Of a stretch of 64,000 nucleotides of DNA, positions 36,501 through 49,700 are shown piece after piece. The position numbers were made by a program, and so were the translations under genes. How positions within the stretch are numbered: position 1 is the first letter of the stretch; the number at the start of each line of letters is the position of its first letter. The stretch comes from Balanoglossus misakiensis. Its lineage: Eukaryota; Animalia; Hemichordata. The notes under the pieces were generated by a model, which was not told the origin of the DNA, did no database searches, and worked only from the letters and a program-made list of their open reading frames with translations. The stretch lies in the NCBI GenBank assembly GCA_040954595.2, contig CM082585.2, positions 4,737,358 to 4,801,357 on the forward strand. Direction: 5' to 3'.

Positions 36501-39289
36501 CAATTTATATAATCATAACAGGAGTGTAGAACTGAAAGGAGAAAAAAAGTGCACGAAACAGTGAATTTATAAAAAATGAAAAAAAGGAAATAAACTTAAA
36601 CATGTTGATATCCAAACAAAACGTGATTGCCCACCTATTGACAGCTCATTTAATTTCAGATGAAACCTGTCTAGTACAGAAATACTGAGGATATAAACCA
36701 ATACTTGACCAAATGCACACAGGAATAGCAGAATGTAATCTAGCAGCACAGAATAAAACCGTGTTTGACAGCACAAATATTTCAAACTACTATTTTTATT
36801 TCAATTGGCAGCATGCAATTATTTCCTAAAAAAGAAATAAAAATATTTTATTGTACAGGAATGCTTCTATTTTTCCCCTTTTTTCTTTTGCTTCATTTTG
36901 CAAAAGATTATCAAAAGGATGTTTATCTGTTATTGTGATTTTCAGTAGATTTGAATAAGATACAGCAGTTGTATAACCTTGATCTATTGTAAAAGAGAAA
37001 AAAAAGTGAAAAAAGAAGATGCAGTTAAGTCGCACATAAAAGAAAAGCAAGAATCTAAGCTTTAGCTCTTTAACTCTTTCAAAGTATCTCTTCTACAAGG
37101 ACACGTCGGTTTTCTAACTGACCTGGACAAAGTAGCGATTACCGCTAGGTTTGACCACCCCTTCCATTCCAACAGTCTTGAATAAAATGCTCAGCAATGT
37201 GTAATTTGTAATGCAAATGTTTAGGTTCATTCCTCTTCTAAGGTGAAACCCAGAATTTGAACAAATTCATCTGCATAAAATTGAACACAGAAATCCTAAG
37301 TATTCATTTATCTACCAATATCTGTGTTTATTTGCATGACTTCATAGTACACTGTGGATAGTTAGTGTACCACATTGCATTTCAGAGTAGGGCTATTCAA
37401 ACAATTCGAGAAATGTTACTTTTATTTATGTACTTGTCAAATTTGGAAATAATCTTTGTTATATTCAAGTTATATACATGTCTCCCCAGTGAAATTTTTG
37501 AATGCAAAAAAATGAAAAATTAAGGAAATCTTAGTAAACTACAAACTTTTAATTAATATAATCTGAACAGGAAATAGGAGACACTTGAATAGAAATGCCT
37601 GAGTCAAGGTTTGTGAATATCCAACATGAAGATAATGAATCATTGTCATCAAATTTAAATCTTAAAACACTAATTATTACAGTATGCATAAGTGAATATT
37701 GATTTTCCCATATTCTGTGGTTAATGCAAACGGAGGCCCTTTTTCACGTGAATAGACACAATCTTTCTATCCTGATTAAAACACTCGATATGAGGAAGAA
37801 TTTTAACTGTTGACTTTGTTTGTCAACTGTTAAGTTTGTTCATTTTAACTGCATGTTAAGTTTGTTTTATTTTACTACTTCGCAAGCAAAAGTTTTTCAC
37901 TTTTAGCTATAGTGTTGCAACCAAAAGTGATGCATTCGTTCTGAAGAGAAATTAAACTTAAACATGAAGAAACTGTGGAATTTTCTGTAATAAAAGCAAT
38001 TGCTGTGATGAGCTTTATTCCAAAGTTGCGGATTTGAAAAAAGAAACTGTCATAGCCGAGTGGATTACCTGTATGGCACTTGATCAATCTGTCTAGGTTG
38101 TTTTGTTATTCAGTTACTTTGTATACAGCCTTACAGGCCACGTAGTAGTCACATTATGTAACTTTTTTACTGCCAACACCTAGGGATGCAGGGTTTATCA
38201 GTGAAACGATATCAATCACACCTACTCAGTATGATTCTGTGATTTGTCAAGCTGATGTTGAAAAATATTGGGGATTATGTGTGTAATGTAACAGTTTACT
38301 CAAAGCAGAACTTATGTGTGTGTGTGACTTTGATGTTGAACTCTAGGTGGGTTACACAAGGTCACTGACTCTGATGTACAGTATGCAAATTAGCCTAAAT
38401 GAGATTCCATTATTATAATGAAAGAGCTGATGACATTTGTGTTATATAATATACTGTTGTGCCTTTTAAACGCAGTGCACAACACCAGGCATAACACACA
38501 GTGGCAAAAACAGAGCAATTAATACAGTTGATAAAATAAAAGTTTAAAAGCTATGGTTATTCCTTATTCCAATTTTCACGCAAGGAAATTGACCTGTCTG
38601 TGTCCTGCAGCTAAACAAGATTCTCACTCGCAATATATGTAGTTGTGAAGTTCCATTCTCTCAGCATATGAAAAGAGATCAATAAATATATTAAAAATAA
38701 ATTAAAAGAAAATTTTTAGATTTTACCACATTATACCGGTAGTATGTGCTCAAATTTGAAAACTTGTCTGTATGAAAGAAATTTCAAAGTCCTATGCGAC
38801 AGAAAGTACCCTATTAACACCTCAGTTTCAAATATTCACTGCTGAATTATTATTTGATATTGACATGAAAAAAAACATTACCACTACACGCTAACAATTT
38901 TCAAACATTATTTGACTTTATTAATTAAAATTAACGAAAACAAAAATTCTTATATAAGCATAGGGTACGTATCATATTCTCCTGTTGAGTTAACACACCT
39001 TGATGTGTTACATAATGTAATGTATGCCTAGCCCTTTCATTGGACCTTATTACAAGTGTATAAAAACTTTTTTATGAATACGAGATATTTCATACAGTAA
39101 ACAAAACCCGTCTTGAATTTATACTTGTTTTGGCACCAGTACATTTTGCTTGCACCATCATTTTGCCATCAAAGTATTTAAGTGTATTAGTTACACACTG
39201 CCCTGAAATGGTTATGCAACAATAATGAACTATTTGCTTTACAAAAAAGTTTCACTGGCATTGCAACAATCTCTGCTGCTGAGTGATCA

Positions 39290-39450
39290 CTGTACGTGCT
39301 AGCAGTTGGCTCGAGTGCGGCAGTTTTTTGTGTAGTACAGCGGTACGTCACTTTTTAAGTTGGACTATTCTGCGCAAGTTCCTGACAAACTGCATCCCTC
39401 CCTCGTCTCTGTCATTGCGGGACTTCCCTGGATAGCTGACGCTTTTCAAA
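39290..39450 (+). promoter_or_regulatory. Candidate promoter / non-coding first exon of the ABCC gene
   Basis: Local CpG enrichment, CRE-like tacgtca (~39344) and a consensus donor aaa|gtaagt at 39450/39451. The acceptor at 43642 needs an upstream exon. Confidence 0.35.
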
Positions 39451-42400
39451 GTAAGTTCCACTGTCAAAACTAATCTATGATGTGAAACAAACTTTGTTTG
39501 CATACTGCGCTAATTCCACTTAAGAATGTTGATGTTTGAATAGACACTCAGTTTGCCGAAATTGAAAAACTTGTATGTTTGTTGTGATAAAAGTGTATTG
39601 CGTCTCAGCTTTTTATGCCGAATGGATGTTTGTTTTGACGAAAAAAAGTAGTGCATCTCAGGTTTTTAAACTTTGAAGTTTACAAGATGCAAATTTCGGC
39701 ACTACAATAATATCCATGTCAGACTTTTAAATGGGCTCAGTGTCCATTTGCCTGTGAAGACAGGATTGAAACTGAAAACTTTCTTGCCTATCATTTAAAA
39801 AATCATTTTATATGCTGGCAAACAGCATTTTTTTACTCAGGTAGATCGAAGTAGTATATCGTGTGAAAAATGTTTGTAAAGTTGTTGCAACATGGTGCAT
39901 GGACACACCCTATTTAAATTAGAGAAACTCCGAACTCTATGGAATTTGTTTCAAACTCGTCAAAACAAGTCTCTAAGAACTGAGTGGACGAATTAGCTAT
40001 CTGTTAGTTTAACGAGCATGTTGAAGTGCAAAAAAGATTTTACAAATGTGAGTTTGCCTGTTTTGATGATTTTCTCATGAATGCTCTATGGCCTATAGGT
40101 AAAGAATGCATGTGTGCATGTGTAATTAAGGTGAGTGTCTGATCAATTGAATGGGTTTGTACTGACTTGCCATGTGAAAAGATTGATATAATTCCATGCT
40201 GTGAAAGTTCTTTTTGGCATTTTATGAACAAGAAATATTCTGTATGTAGCCTTTTCACTGTGATTCAGCTTCCTATGCTGTTTATGAACATAGTGAAAAA
40301 TTAAATGAGCATGATTAATTCAAAACTGTATAAACTTCATTAATTAAACTGTTTAATTGAGAAACATTACTGTTGCTGCCGGTATATTTGGAGTTACAAA
40401 ATGTATGAGTCAAAATAACATCATTTTAAATTTTAGCTACTGAAAATAATTTGTGATTCATTCAAGGGGGATCTAATCACATAAGAATTGCATTATGGGT
40501 AAAAATATATATTTCTTCAACAAAATATCAGTGTGGCCTGACATAAACGTAGTTTATGAATTACCATTTGTTAAGCATGGCAGGAGTCCACCATCTTGAA
40601 ATCTTGTTGACCATGAGATTTTTAACACTCACCTAAGCAGCAAAAACTTATTTACAATAGTGAGAATTCGGGCCAAAAATGTCCAGAATATGCTGACTTA
40701 ATGTGATTGGGGACTTGAGTGAACATTTTAAAATTCAAACTGTCTGCTTTACAGGTTGCTGTAGTTTTAAAAATCCACTATTATTGTATAAATAAATTTT
40801 GATACAGTTTCTGAAATCATTTTTGCTTCTTTCATTCAGTTCTGGAGATTATGTTCCTACAGATATTATCTTTAGGATAATATTTATATTTTGGAATGAG
40901 CACACAATTTGAAATAAATGGTATATTGACTTTCCGATTTTCGTCATTGTCATTATGATTTGTAAGATAAAATGTATCTAGGAAATCAGTCTTAACATAT
41001 TTCTCATGGCAAATTTAGATTATTCTCTCTTAAAATTAAGAATAAAATTATGGGTCATTATGCAAATTTTTGATTTAGAGAGGAAAGTTGTCTCAACTGT
41101 GAAATTCAAAATGGCCGCCAATCTCTATGTTAACTCCCGGGAGAAAATGTAAAGTACCATCTTTGGTGAAAACAAGATTGTGAACACCCTGTTTTCTTCT
41201 TTGTTTGCAAAAAGACTTTACACTCACTTTAATATATAAAGTAAAGAATTGAAAAATTTGGAAAACAATAATTTTTATGAAAATCTGTCTTCAAGGTAAA
41301 TCCTACTTAAACTGCTCTACTTGTTTGCCACCTTAACACATAGTGATACTTTTCAAATTGCATTTTGATGTTTCTGATTGACTATCTTACCAGACACTTG
41401 GGCACAAGATGTTATGGGCAGAAATTTTTCTTTTAGAACATCAGAACACAAGAGAGAATGAGTTATTAACACTTTCATTTCTTCAACGACAATTGCCTTC
41501 TATCTGTTGCATTCAATTTTTTAAGGTGTGCGCAGTACCGGTAAATTCTTGGTTATACATATGCCTGAAAACAGAGCCGGTACTTATGGGATTAGAATTT
41601 AAGAGTTAGAACCAAAAATTGGTCTTATGATATATCAAATCTGTTTATAGATAAATTGGTTTACAAAACAAGTTTTTAAGTCTGGAAATTGTCAATCTAG
41701 ATGATGTTTTCTGTAAGTTTAAAGATAGTTTGAAAGTAACTTCTGATGGTTAACACACCGGCCTTGTTGGCAAACTTTATCTTTGATGTCTATAATAAGA
41801 GAAAAGAGGCAATGTACAATGTGTTAACGATTCCTCTCACACTTAAAATAAGATTATGTTTTCATTTTTTCAGTTGGTTACAAGTTGGTTTAGTGTTTTA
41901 TATAAGCCCAAGGGCCTGGATCAGGCATGTTTAAAACTAATGGCTGTATTATGATCCTATATCTGATATAAACTTTGAGTCCACATAGGACATGCTAATA
42001 CCGGTAAATAGCCTATAACAAACTTGGAATAAACCATAATGGCAACTGCCATTAAATATTCAAATTTGCAGTTAATTGTTCTAATAGGGATAAACGTCTT
42101 CTCAGTGCAACCATTCCTTTGTGCATTGCCTTGAGCTTGTTTGGAATGTCTATTCTTGGACTATTGCTCTATTAATAGAATCACTAATTATGGAAATGAG
42201 ACATTCACACAAATACACCTACAAGACACTAATACCCAGTGTATCAGTTTATCGCAGTTCAGTTCAATCCACTCTGTCATTCGTGATCTATAGGAAACTT
42301 TGCTAATGCGTTTAATTGGCTACTGGTCACTAATCAGCTTTAGTTAGCAAACTGCTGTATCAGTGTAACTAAGTATCCGTCTTCAGGTCATTATAACCTG

Positions 42401-42719
42401 TCACACTAGAGTTATATATAACTTTTTCCTCCAAATCATCATTTATATGCAATGGTTTTAATTGTGCAAGCCACACTTGTCAAGCCTTGCCATTTAGATA
42501 CAGAAATATTTCAAAACTACAAGTACAAACTGATCTTTACGAGTACACGGAAATTGTCTCTTCCCATTGCATTGAGAAAACACACTTAATTCTGCTGTTA
42601 TCATTTTCATACATTTTTACACAAAAGTCTCAGCCAAATGAAATTAAATCATTCATCTAATAAAGTCAGTCATATAGTCATGCACCATGCTCAATTCGAG
42701 ATAAACCTTGTTGCTCTGC

Positions 42720-42945
42720 AGAAATCTGGAAGTAAAAGGATTGCTAAGTGTTTTAATAACAACCATACATATTGATGACATCATAAGTCTTTATAATCCT
42801 AATAATGCCCCACATATATCCAGATGACTTGGAAATTAAAGAAACAACAGAAAATGTGGGCTCAGGGACACACCTTGATATCTATTTTGAAATCAGACAA
42901 AATATTTTTTATACTAAGCTGTATGACAAAAGGGTTGATTTCAAC
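42720..42945 (+). mobile_element. Degraded Penelope-like retroelement reverse transcriptase fragment
   Basis: Frameshifted ..HIDDIISLYNP.. followed by IYPDDLEIKETTE..HLDIYFEI..FYTKLYDKRVDFN, matching the PLE RT YIDD-to-LYDKRDDF region. Confidence 0.75.
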
Positions 42946-43075
42946 TCTGATCTAAAGAACATATGGTGGTGCTCTTTTTTCGCATGTGCCACCTACTGAA
43001 AATCTGGGATTGGCTAGATCTCAATTTGCCATGGTAACTAAACCTAATTTTGTATAGGTGACCGTATACCTTTAA

Positions 43076-43490
43076 GGATGTACTCGCAGAACATAAACCG
43101 GAAAACTGCGCGCACTCATCTTTTTCTCCCATAAGATTACATTGATAATTGGTAGAAAACAAACTTCTACTATTGTCATTTTCACGAAATTTTACACATA
43201 GCTCAGTCAAGTAAATATAAATTCATTGGTCAAATAAAATTGTGTAGTCACAGTGCTCTATTTAGAGATACATTTCGTTAAACATTTTGCCCATAGACAA
43301 ACCATTGGTGAAAAATGCTGAGTCAGCAGTTTTCTTGTATTATCTACTAAATGTATGGCTCTGTATTTCAAAAACAAGTGTGGAAACCCCTACACTTTAT
43401 CACGGATTTTCATTCTACATTCACAGGATAATCCAAAAATCATCAATTTAAAGAAACGACAATACTTTCAATTTTACTGAACGTACATTC
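43076..43490. mobile_element. TTAA-flanked non-autonomous element (Kolobok-like)
   Basis: ttaa-ggatgtac ... gtacattc-ttaa. Confidence 0.5.
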
Positions 43491-43700
43491 TTAAAAGATG
43501 AAATAGAAGATGTTGAAATAAAATACGATAAAACTCATCTTCACTCCCACAGTACAGGTACCTGCATTTAACAAATCACCTTAGCTGAAATTTCTTATCA
43601 GTGGTGATGATTTTTTCTCTAACATTGTGTTTATTTTTCCAGGCAACATGGTATAAGTCATAACAGAGAAATATAGAGGAAACAAGCAACTGTCTCAGAG

Positions 43701-46700
43701 ATGTCTGACCAAAAGGGAGAAAGCAAGAAGAGTTCCAAAAAAGGAAAAAGCAAAAAGGAAAAGAACAAACTTTTTGCCTTCTTTGACAATTTGGTTAATT
43801 CGGATTCATCGTCCTCTTCCTCCTCGTCATCCTCCTCGTCATCATCATCATCTGACTCCAGTGACGATGAGAATGTTGGCGATGGTAAGCCTAAAACTGC
43901 AAGGAAAACCAAAAAAAGGGTTAAGGTCAAGGCTGATGGATCCTCTGGTGGTAGTGAAAAGAAATCTAAGAAGAAAGTGAAAGTTAAGGCCCCCAAAATC
44001 GCCCTTTCTGCAAAGGATGACTCTGGCCATGCTAATAAACCGGAAGGGGGCTCCGCGAAGTCTTCAATCAAAACTGTGCTCGGAGGTGATGGCGATTTGG
44101 AGATACACGGCAAGTTCACTGGCAACCTTGAAACAGGGAAAGGACATGGACATCATGAAGCTCAAATTGGTAATGTAGAAATTGGGACACCTGGTGATGT
44201 AGGATTTGCTACAAAGGAAAATGTTGCTCTCGTATCTTCAGAACCTGAGTTTATTTCAAAAGAAAGTACTGGTCTTCTATCTGCAGAACCTGACTTTATA
44301 ACCAAAGAAACTGTTGGTCTAGTGTCCGCTGGACTCGGAGGATTTGATTTTGATATTGACACAAGCCCAGAAGTACAAAACATTGACAATCAAAGCATAA
44401 TAAAAATAGGCGCAGGCGGCATTGATATTGCTTCTGATAGTGGTGACACAAACATAAAATTAGATGGTGACTTTGGTATAAGTGGTCCTGGTGGTGGGGA
44501 CACATCAATGAAATTGGGTTTTGGTGGTCTTGATATGAGCGAGACAGATGGTGGTGATGCCAAAGGGAAAATAGGTGGTGGCATTGGTATCAGTGGTCCT
44601 GACTTTGGTGATGCCAAAGGCAAAATAGGCGGTGGCATTGGTATCAGTGGTCCTGACTTTGGTGATGCCAAAGGCAAAATAGGCGGTGGCATTGGAATCA
44701 GTGGTCCTGACTTTGGTGATGCCAAAGGCAAAATAGGCGGTGGCATTGACATCAGTGGTCCTGACTTTGGTGATGCCAAAGGCAAAATAGGCGGTGGCAT
44801 TGGTATCAGTGGTCCTGACTTTGGTGATGCCAAAGGCAAAATAGGCGGTGGCATTGACATCAGTGGTCCTGACTTTGGTGACGCCAAAGGCAAAATAGGC
44901 GGTGGCATTGGTATCAGTGGTCCTGACTTTGGTGATGCCAAAGGCAAAATAGGCGGTGGCATTGACATCAGTGGTCCTGACTTTGGTGATGCCAAAGGCA
45001 AAATAGGCGGTGGCATTGACATCAGTGGTCATGACTTTGGTGATGCCAAAGGCAAAATAGGCGGTGGCATTGACATCAGTGGTCATGACTTTGGTGATGC
45101 CAAAGGCAAAATAGGCGGTGGCATTGGTATCAGTGGTCCTGACTTTGGTGATGCCAAAGGCAAAATAGGCGGTGGCATTGGAATCAGTGGTCCTGACTTT
45201 GGTGATGCCAAAGGCAAAATAGGCGGTGGCATTGACATCAGTGGTCCTGACTTTGGTGATGCCAAAGGCAAAATAGGCGGTGGCATTGGTATCAGTGGTC
45301 CTGACTTTGGTGATGCCAAAGGGAAAATAGGCGGTGGCATAGGTATCAGTGGTCCTGACTTTGGTGATGCCAAAGGGAAAATAGGCGGTGGCATAGGTAC
45401 CAGTGGTCCTGACTTTGGTGATGCCAAAGGGAAAATAGGTGGTGGCATTGGTATCGGCGGTCCTGACTTTGGTGATGCCAAAGGGAAAATAGGCGGTGGC
45501 ATTGGTATCGGCGGTCCTGACGTTGGCGATGCCAAAGGGAAAATAGGCGGTGGCATTGGTATCGGCGGTCCTGACGTTGGCGATGCCAAAGGGAAAATAG
45601 GCGGTGGCATTGGTATCGGCGGTCCTGACTTTGGCGATGCCAAAGGCAAAATAGGCGGTGGCATTGGTATCGGTGGTCCTGATTTTGGCGATGCCAAAGG
45701 CAAAATAGGCGGTGGCATTGGTATCGGTGGTCCTGATTTTGGCGATGCCAAAGGCAAAATAGGCGGTGGCATTGGTATCGGTGGTCCTGACTTTGGCGAT
45801 GCCAAAGGCAAAATAGGCGGTGGCATTGGTATCGGTGGTCCTGACTTTGGCGATGCCAAAGGCAAAATAGGCGGTGGCATTGGTATCGGTGGTCCTGACT
45901 TTGGCGATGCCAAAGGCAAAATAGGCGGTGGCATTGGTATCGGTGGTCCTGACTTTGGCGATGCCAAAGGCAAAATAGGCGGTGGCATTGGTATCGGTGG
46001 TCCTGACTTTGGCGATGCCAAAGGCAAAATAGGCGGTGGCATTGGTATCAGTGGTCCTGACTTTGGTGATGCCAAAGGCAAAATAGGCGGTGGCATTGGT
46101 ATCAGTGGTCCTGACTTTGGTGATGCCAAAGGCAAAATAGGCGGTGGCATTGGTATCGGTGGTCCTGACTTTGGCGATGCCAAAGGCAAAATAGGCGGTG
46201 GCATTGGTATCGGTGGTCCTGACTTTGGCGATGCCAAAGGCAAAATAGGCGGTGGCATTGGTATCGGTGGTCCTGACTTTGGCGATGCCAAAGGCAAAAT
46301 AGGCGGTGGCATTGGTATCAGTGGTCCTGACTCTGGTGATGCCAAAGGCAAAAAAGGCGATGGCATAGGTATCAGTGGTCCTGACTTTGGCGATGCCAAA
46401 GGCAAAATAGGCGGTGGCATTGGTGATGCCAAAGGCAAAATAGGCGGTGGCATTGGTATCAGTGGTCCTGACGTTGGTGATGCCAAAGGGAAAATAGGCG
46501 GTGGCATAGGTATCAGTGGTCCTGACTTTGGTGATGCCAAAGGCAAAAAAGGCGATGGCATAGGTATCAGTGGTCCTGACTTTGGCGATGCCAAAGGCAA
46601 AATAGGCGGTGGCATTGGTATCAGTGGTCCTGACTTTGGCGATGCCAAAGGCAAAATAGGCGGTGGCATTGGTATCGGTGGTCCTGACATTGGCGATGCC

Positions 46701-49700
46701 AAAGGCAAAATAGGCGGTGGCATTGGTATCGGTGGTCCTGACGTTGGCGATGCCAAAGGCAAAATAGGCGGTGGCATTGGTATCGGTGGTCCTGACTTCG
46801 GTGATGCCAAAGGCAAAATAGGCGGTGGCATTGGTATCGGTGGTCCTGACTTCGGTGATGCCAAAGGCAAAATAGGCGGTGGCATTGGTATCAGTGGTCC
46901 TGACGTTGGTGATGCCAAAGGCAAAATAGGCGGTGGCATTGGTGATCCCAAAGGCAAAATAGGCGGTGGCATTGGTATCAGTGGTCCTGACGTTGGTGAT
47001 GCCAAAGGCAAAATAGGCGGTGGCATTGGTGATGCCAAAGGCAAAATAGGCGGTGGCATTGGTATCAGTGGTCCTGACGTTGGTGATGCCAAAGGCAAAA
47101 TAGGCGGTGGCATTGGTATCAGTGGTCCTGACTTTGGTGATGCCAAAGGCAAAATAGGCGGTGGCATTGACATCAGTGGTCCTGACTTTGGTGATGCCAA
47201 AGGCAAAATAGGCGGTGGCATTGACATCAGTGGTCCTGACTTTGGTGATGCCAAAGGCAAAATAGGCGGTGGCACTGACATCAGCGGTCCTGACTTTGGT
47301 GATGCCAAAGGCAAAATAGGCGGTGGCATAGGTATCAGTGGTCCTGACTTTGGTGATGCCAAAGGCAAAATAGGCGGTGGCATTGACATCAGTGGTCCAG
47401 ACTTTGGTGATGCCAAAGGCAAAATAGGCGGTGGCATTGACATCAGTGGTCCTGACTTTGGTGATGCCAAAGGCAAAATAGGCGGTGGCATTGACATCAG
47501 TGGTCCTGACTTTGGTGATGCCAAAGGCAAAATAGGCGGTGGCATTGACATCAGTGGTCCTGACTTTGGTGATGCCAAAGGCAAAATAGGCGGTGGCATT
47601 GACATCAGTGGTCCAGACTTTGGTGATGCCAAAGGCAAAATAGGCGGTGGCATTGACATCAGTGGTCCTGACTTTGGTGATGCCAAAGGCAAAATAGGCG
47701 GTGGCATTGACATCGGTGGTCCTGACGTTGGTGATGCCAAAGGCAAAATAGGCGGTGGCATAGGTATCGGTGGTCCTGACGTTGGTGATGCCAAAGGCAA
47801 AATAGGCGGTGGCATAGGTATCGGTGGTCCTGACGTTGGTGATGCCAAAGGCAAAATAGGCGGTGGCATTGGTATCGGCGGTCCTGACTTTGGTGATGCC
47901 AAAGGGAAAATAGGCGGTGGCATTGGCATCGGCGGTCCTGACTTTGGTGATGCCAAAGGGAAAATAGGCGGTGGCATTGGCATCGGCGGTCCTGACTTTG
48001 GTGATGCCAAAGGGAAAATAGGCGGTGGCATTGGCATCGGCGGTCCTGACTTTGGTGATGCCAAAGGCAAAATAGGCGGTGGCATTGGCATCGGCGGTCC
48101 TGACGTTGGCGATGCCAAAGGCAAAATAGGCGGTGGCATTGGTATCGGTGGTCCTGACTTTGGTGATGCCAAAGGCAAAATAGGCGGTGGCATTGGTATC
48201 GGTGGTCCTGACGTTGGCGATGCCAAAGGCAAAATAGGCGGTGGAATTGGTATCAGTGGTCCTGACTTTGGCGATGCCAAAGGCAAAATAGGCGGTGGCA
48301 TTGGTATCAGTGGTCCTGACTTTGGCGATGCCAAAGGCAAAAAAGGCGGTGGCATAGGTATCAGTGGTCCAGACTTTGGCGATGCCAAAGGCAAAATAGG
48401 CGGTGGCATAGGTATCAGTGGTCCTGACTTTGGCGATGCCAAAGGCAAAAAAGGCGGTGGCATAGGTATCGGTGGTCCTGACTTTGGTGATGCCAAAGGC
48501 AAAATAGGCGGTGGCATTGGCATCAGTGGTCCAGACTTTGGCGATGCCAAAGGCAAAATAGGCGGTGGCATTGGCATCAGTGGTCCTGACTTTGGTGATG
48601 CCAAAGGCAAAAAAGGCGGTGGCATTGGTATCGGTGGTCCTGACGTTGGCGATGCCAAAGGCAAAATAGGCGGTGGCATTGGCATCGGCGGTCCTGACTT
48701 TGGCGATGCCAAAGGCAAAATAGGCGGTGGCATAGGTATCAGTGGTCCTGACTTTGGCGATGCCAAAGGCAAAATAGGCGGTGGCATTGGTATCAGTGGT
48801 CCTGACTTTGGCGATGCCAAAGGCAAAAAAGGCGGTGGCATAGGTATCAGTGGTCCTGACTTTGGCGATGCCAAAGGCAAAATAGGCGGTGGCATTGGTA
48901 TCAGTGGTCCTGACTTTGGCGATGCCAAAGGCAAAATAGGCGGTGGCATTGGTATCAGTGGTCCTGACTTTGGCGATGCCAAAGGCAAAATAGGCGGTGG
49001 CATTGGTATCAGTGGTCCTGACTTTGGCGATGCCAAAGGCAAAATAGGCGGTGGCATTGGTATCAGTGGTCCTGACTTTGGCGATGCCAAAGGCAAAATA
49101 GGCGGTGGCATTGGTATCAGTGGTCCTGACTTTGGCGATGCCAAAGGCAAAATAGGCGGTGGCATTGGTATCAGTGGTCCTGACGTTGGCGATGCCAAAG
49201 GCAAAATAGGCGGTGGCATTGGTATCAGTGGTCCTGACGTTGGCGATGCCAAAGGCAAAATAGGCGGTGGAATTGGTATCAGTGGTCCTGACGTTTGCGA
49301 TGCCAAAGGCAAAATAGGCGGTGGCATTGGTATCAGCGGTCCTGACTTTGGCGATGCCAAAGGCAAAATAGGCGGTGGCATTGGTATCAGCGGTCCTGAC
49401 TTTGGCGATGCCAAAGGCAAAATAGGCGGTGGCATTGGTATCAGCGGTCCTGACTTTGGCGATGCCAAAGGGAAAATAGGCGGTGGAATTGGTATCAGCG
49501 GTCCTGACTTTGGCGATGCCAAAGGGAAAATAGGCGGTGGCATTGGAATCAGCGGTCCTGACGTTGGCGATGCCAAAGGCAAAATAGGCGGTGGCATTGG
49601 CATCAGCGGTCCTGACGTTGGCGATGCCAAAGGCAAAATAGGCGGTGGCATTGGCATCAGCGGTCCTGACTTTGGCGATGCCAAAGGCAAAATAGGCGGT

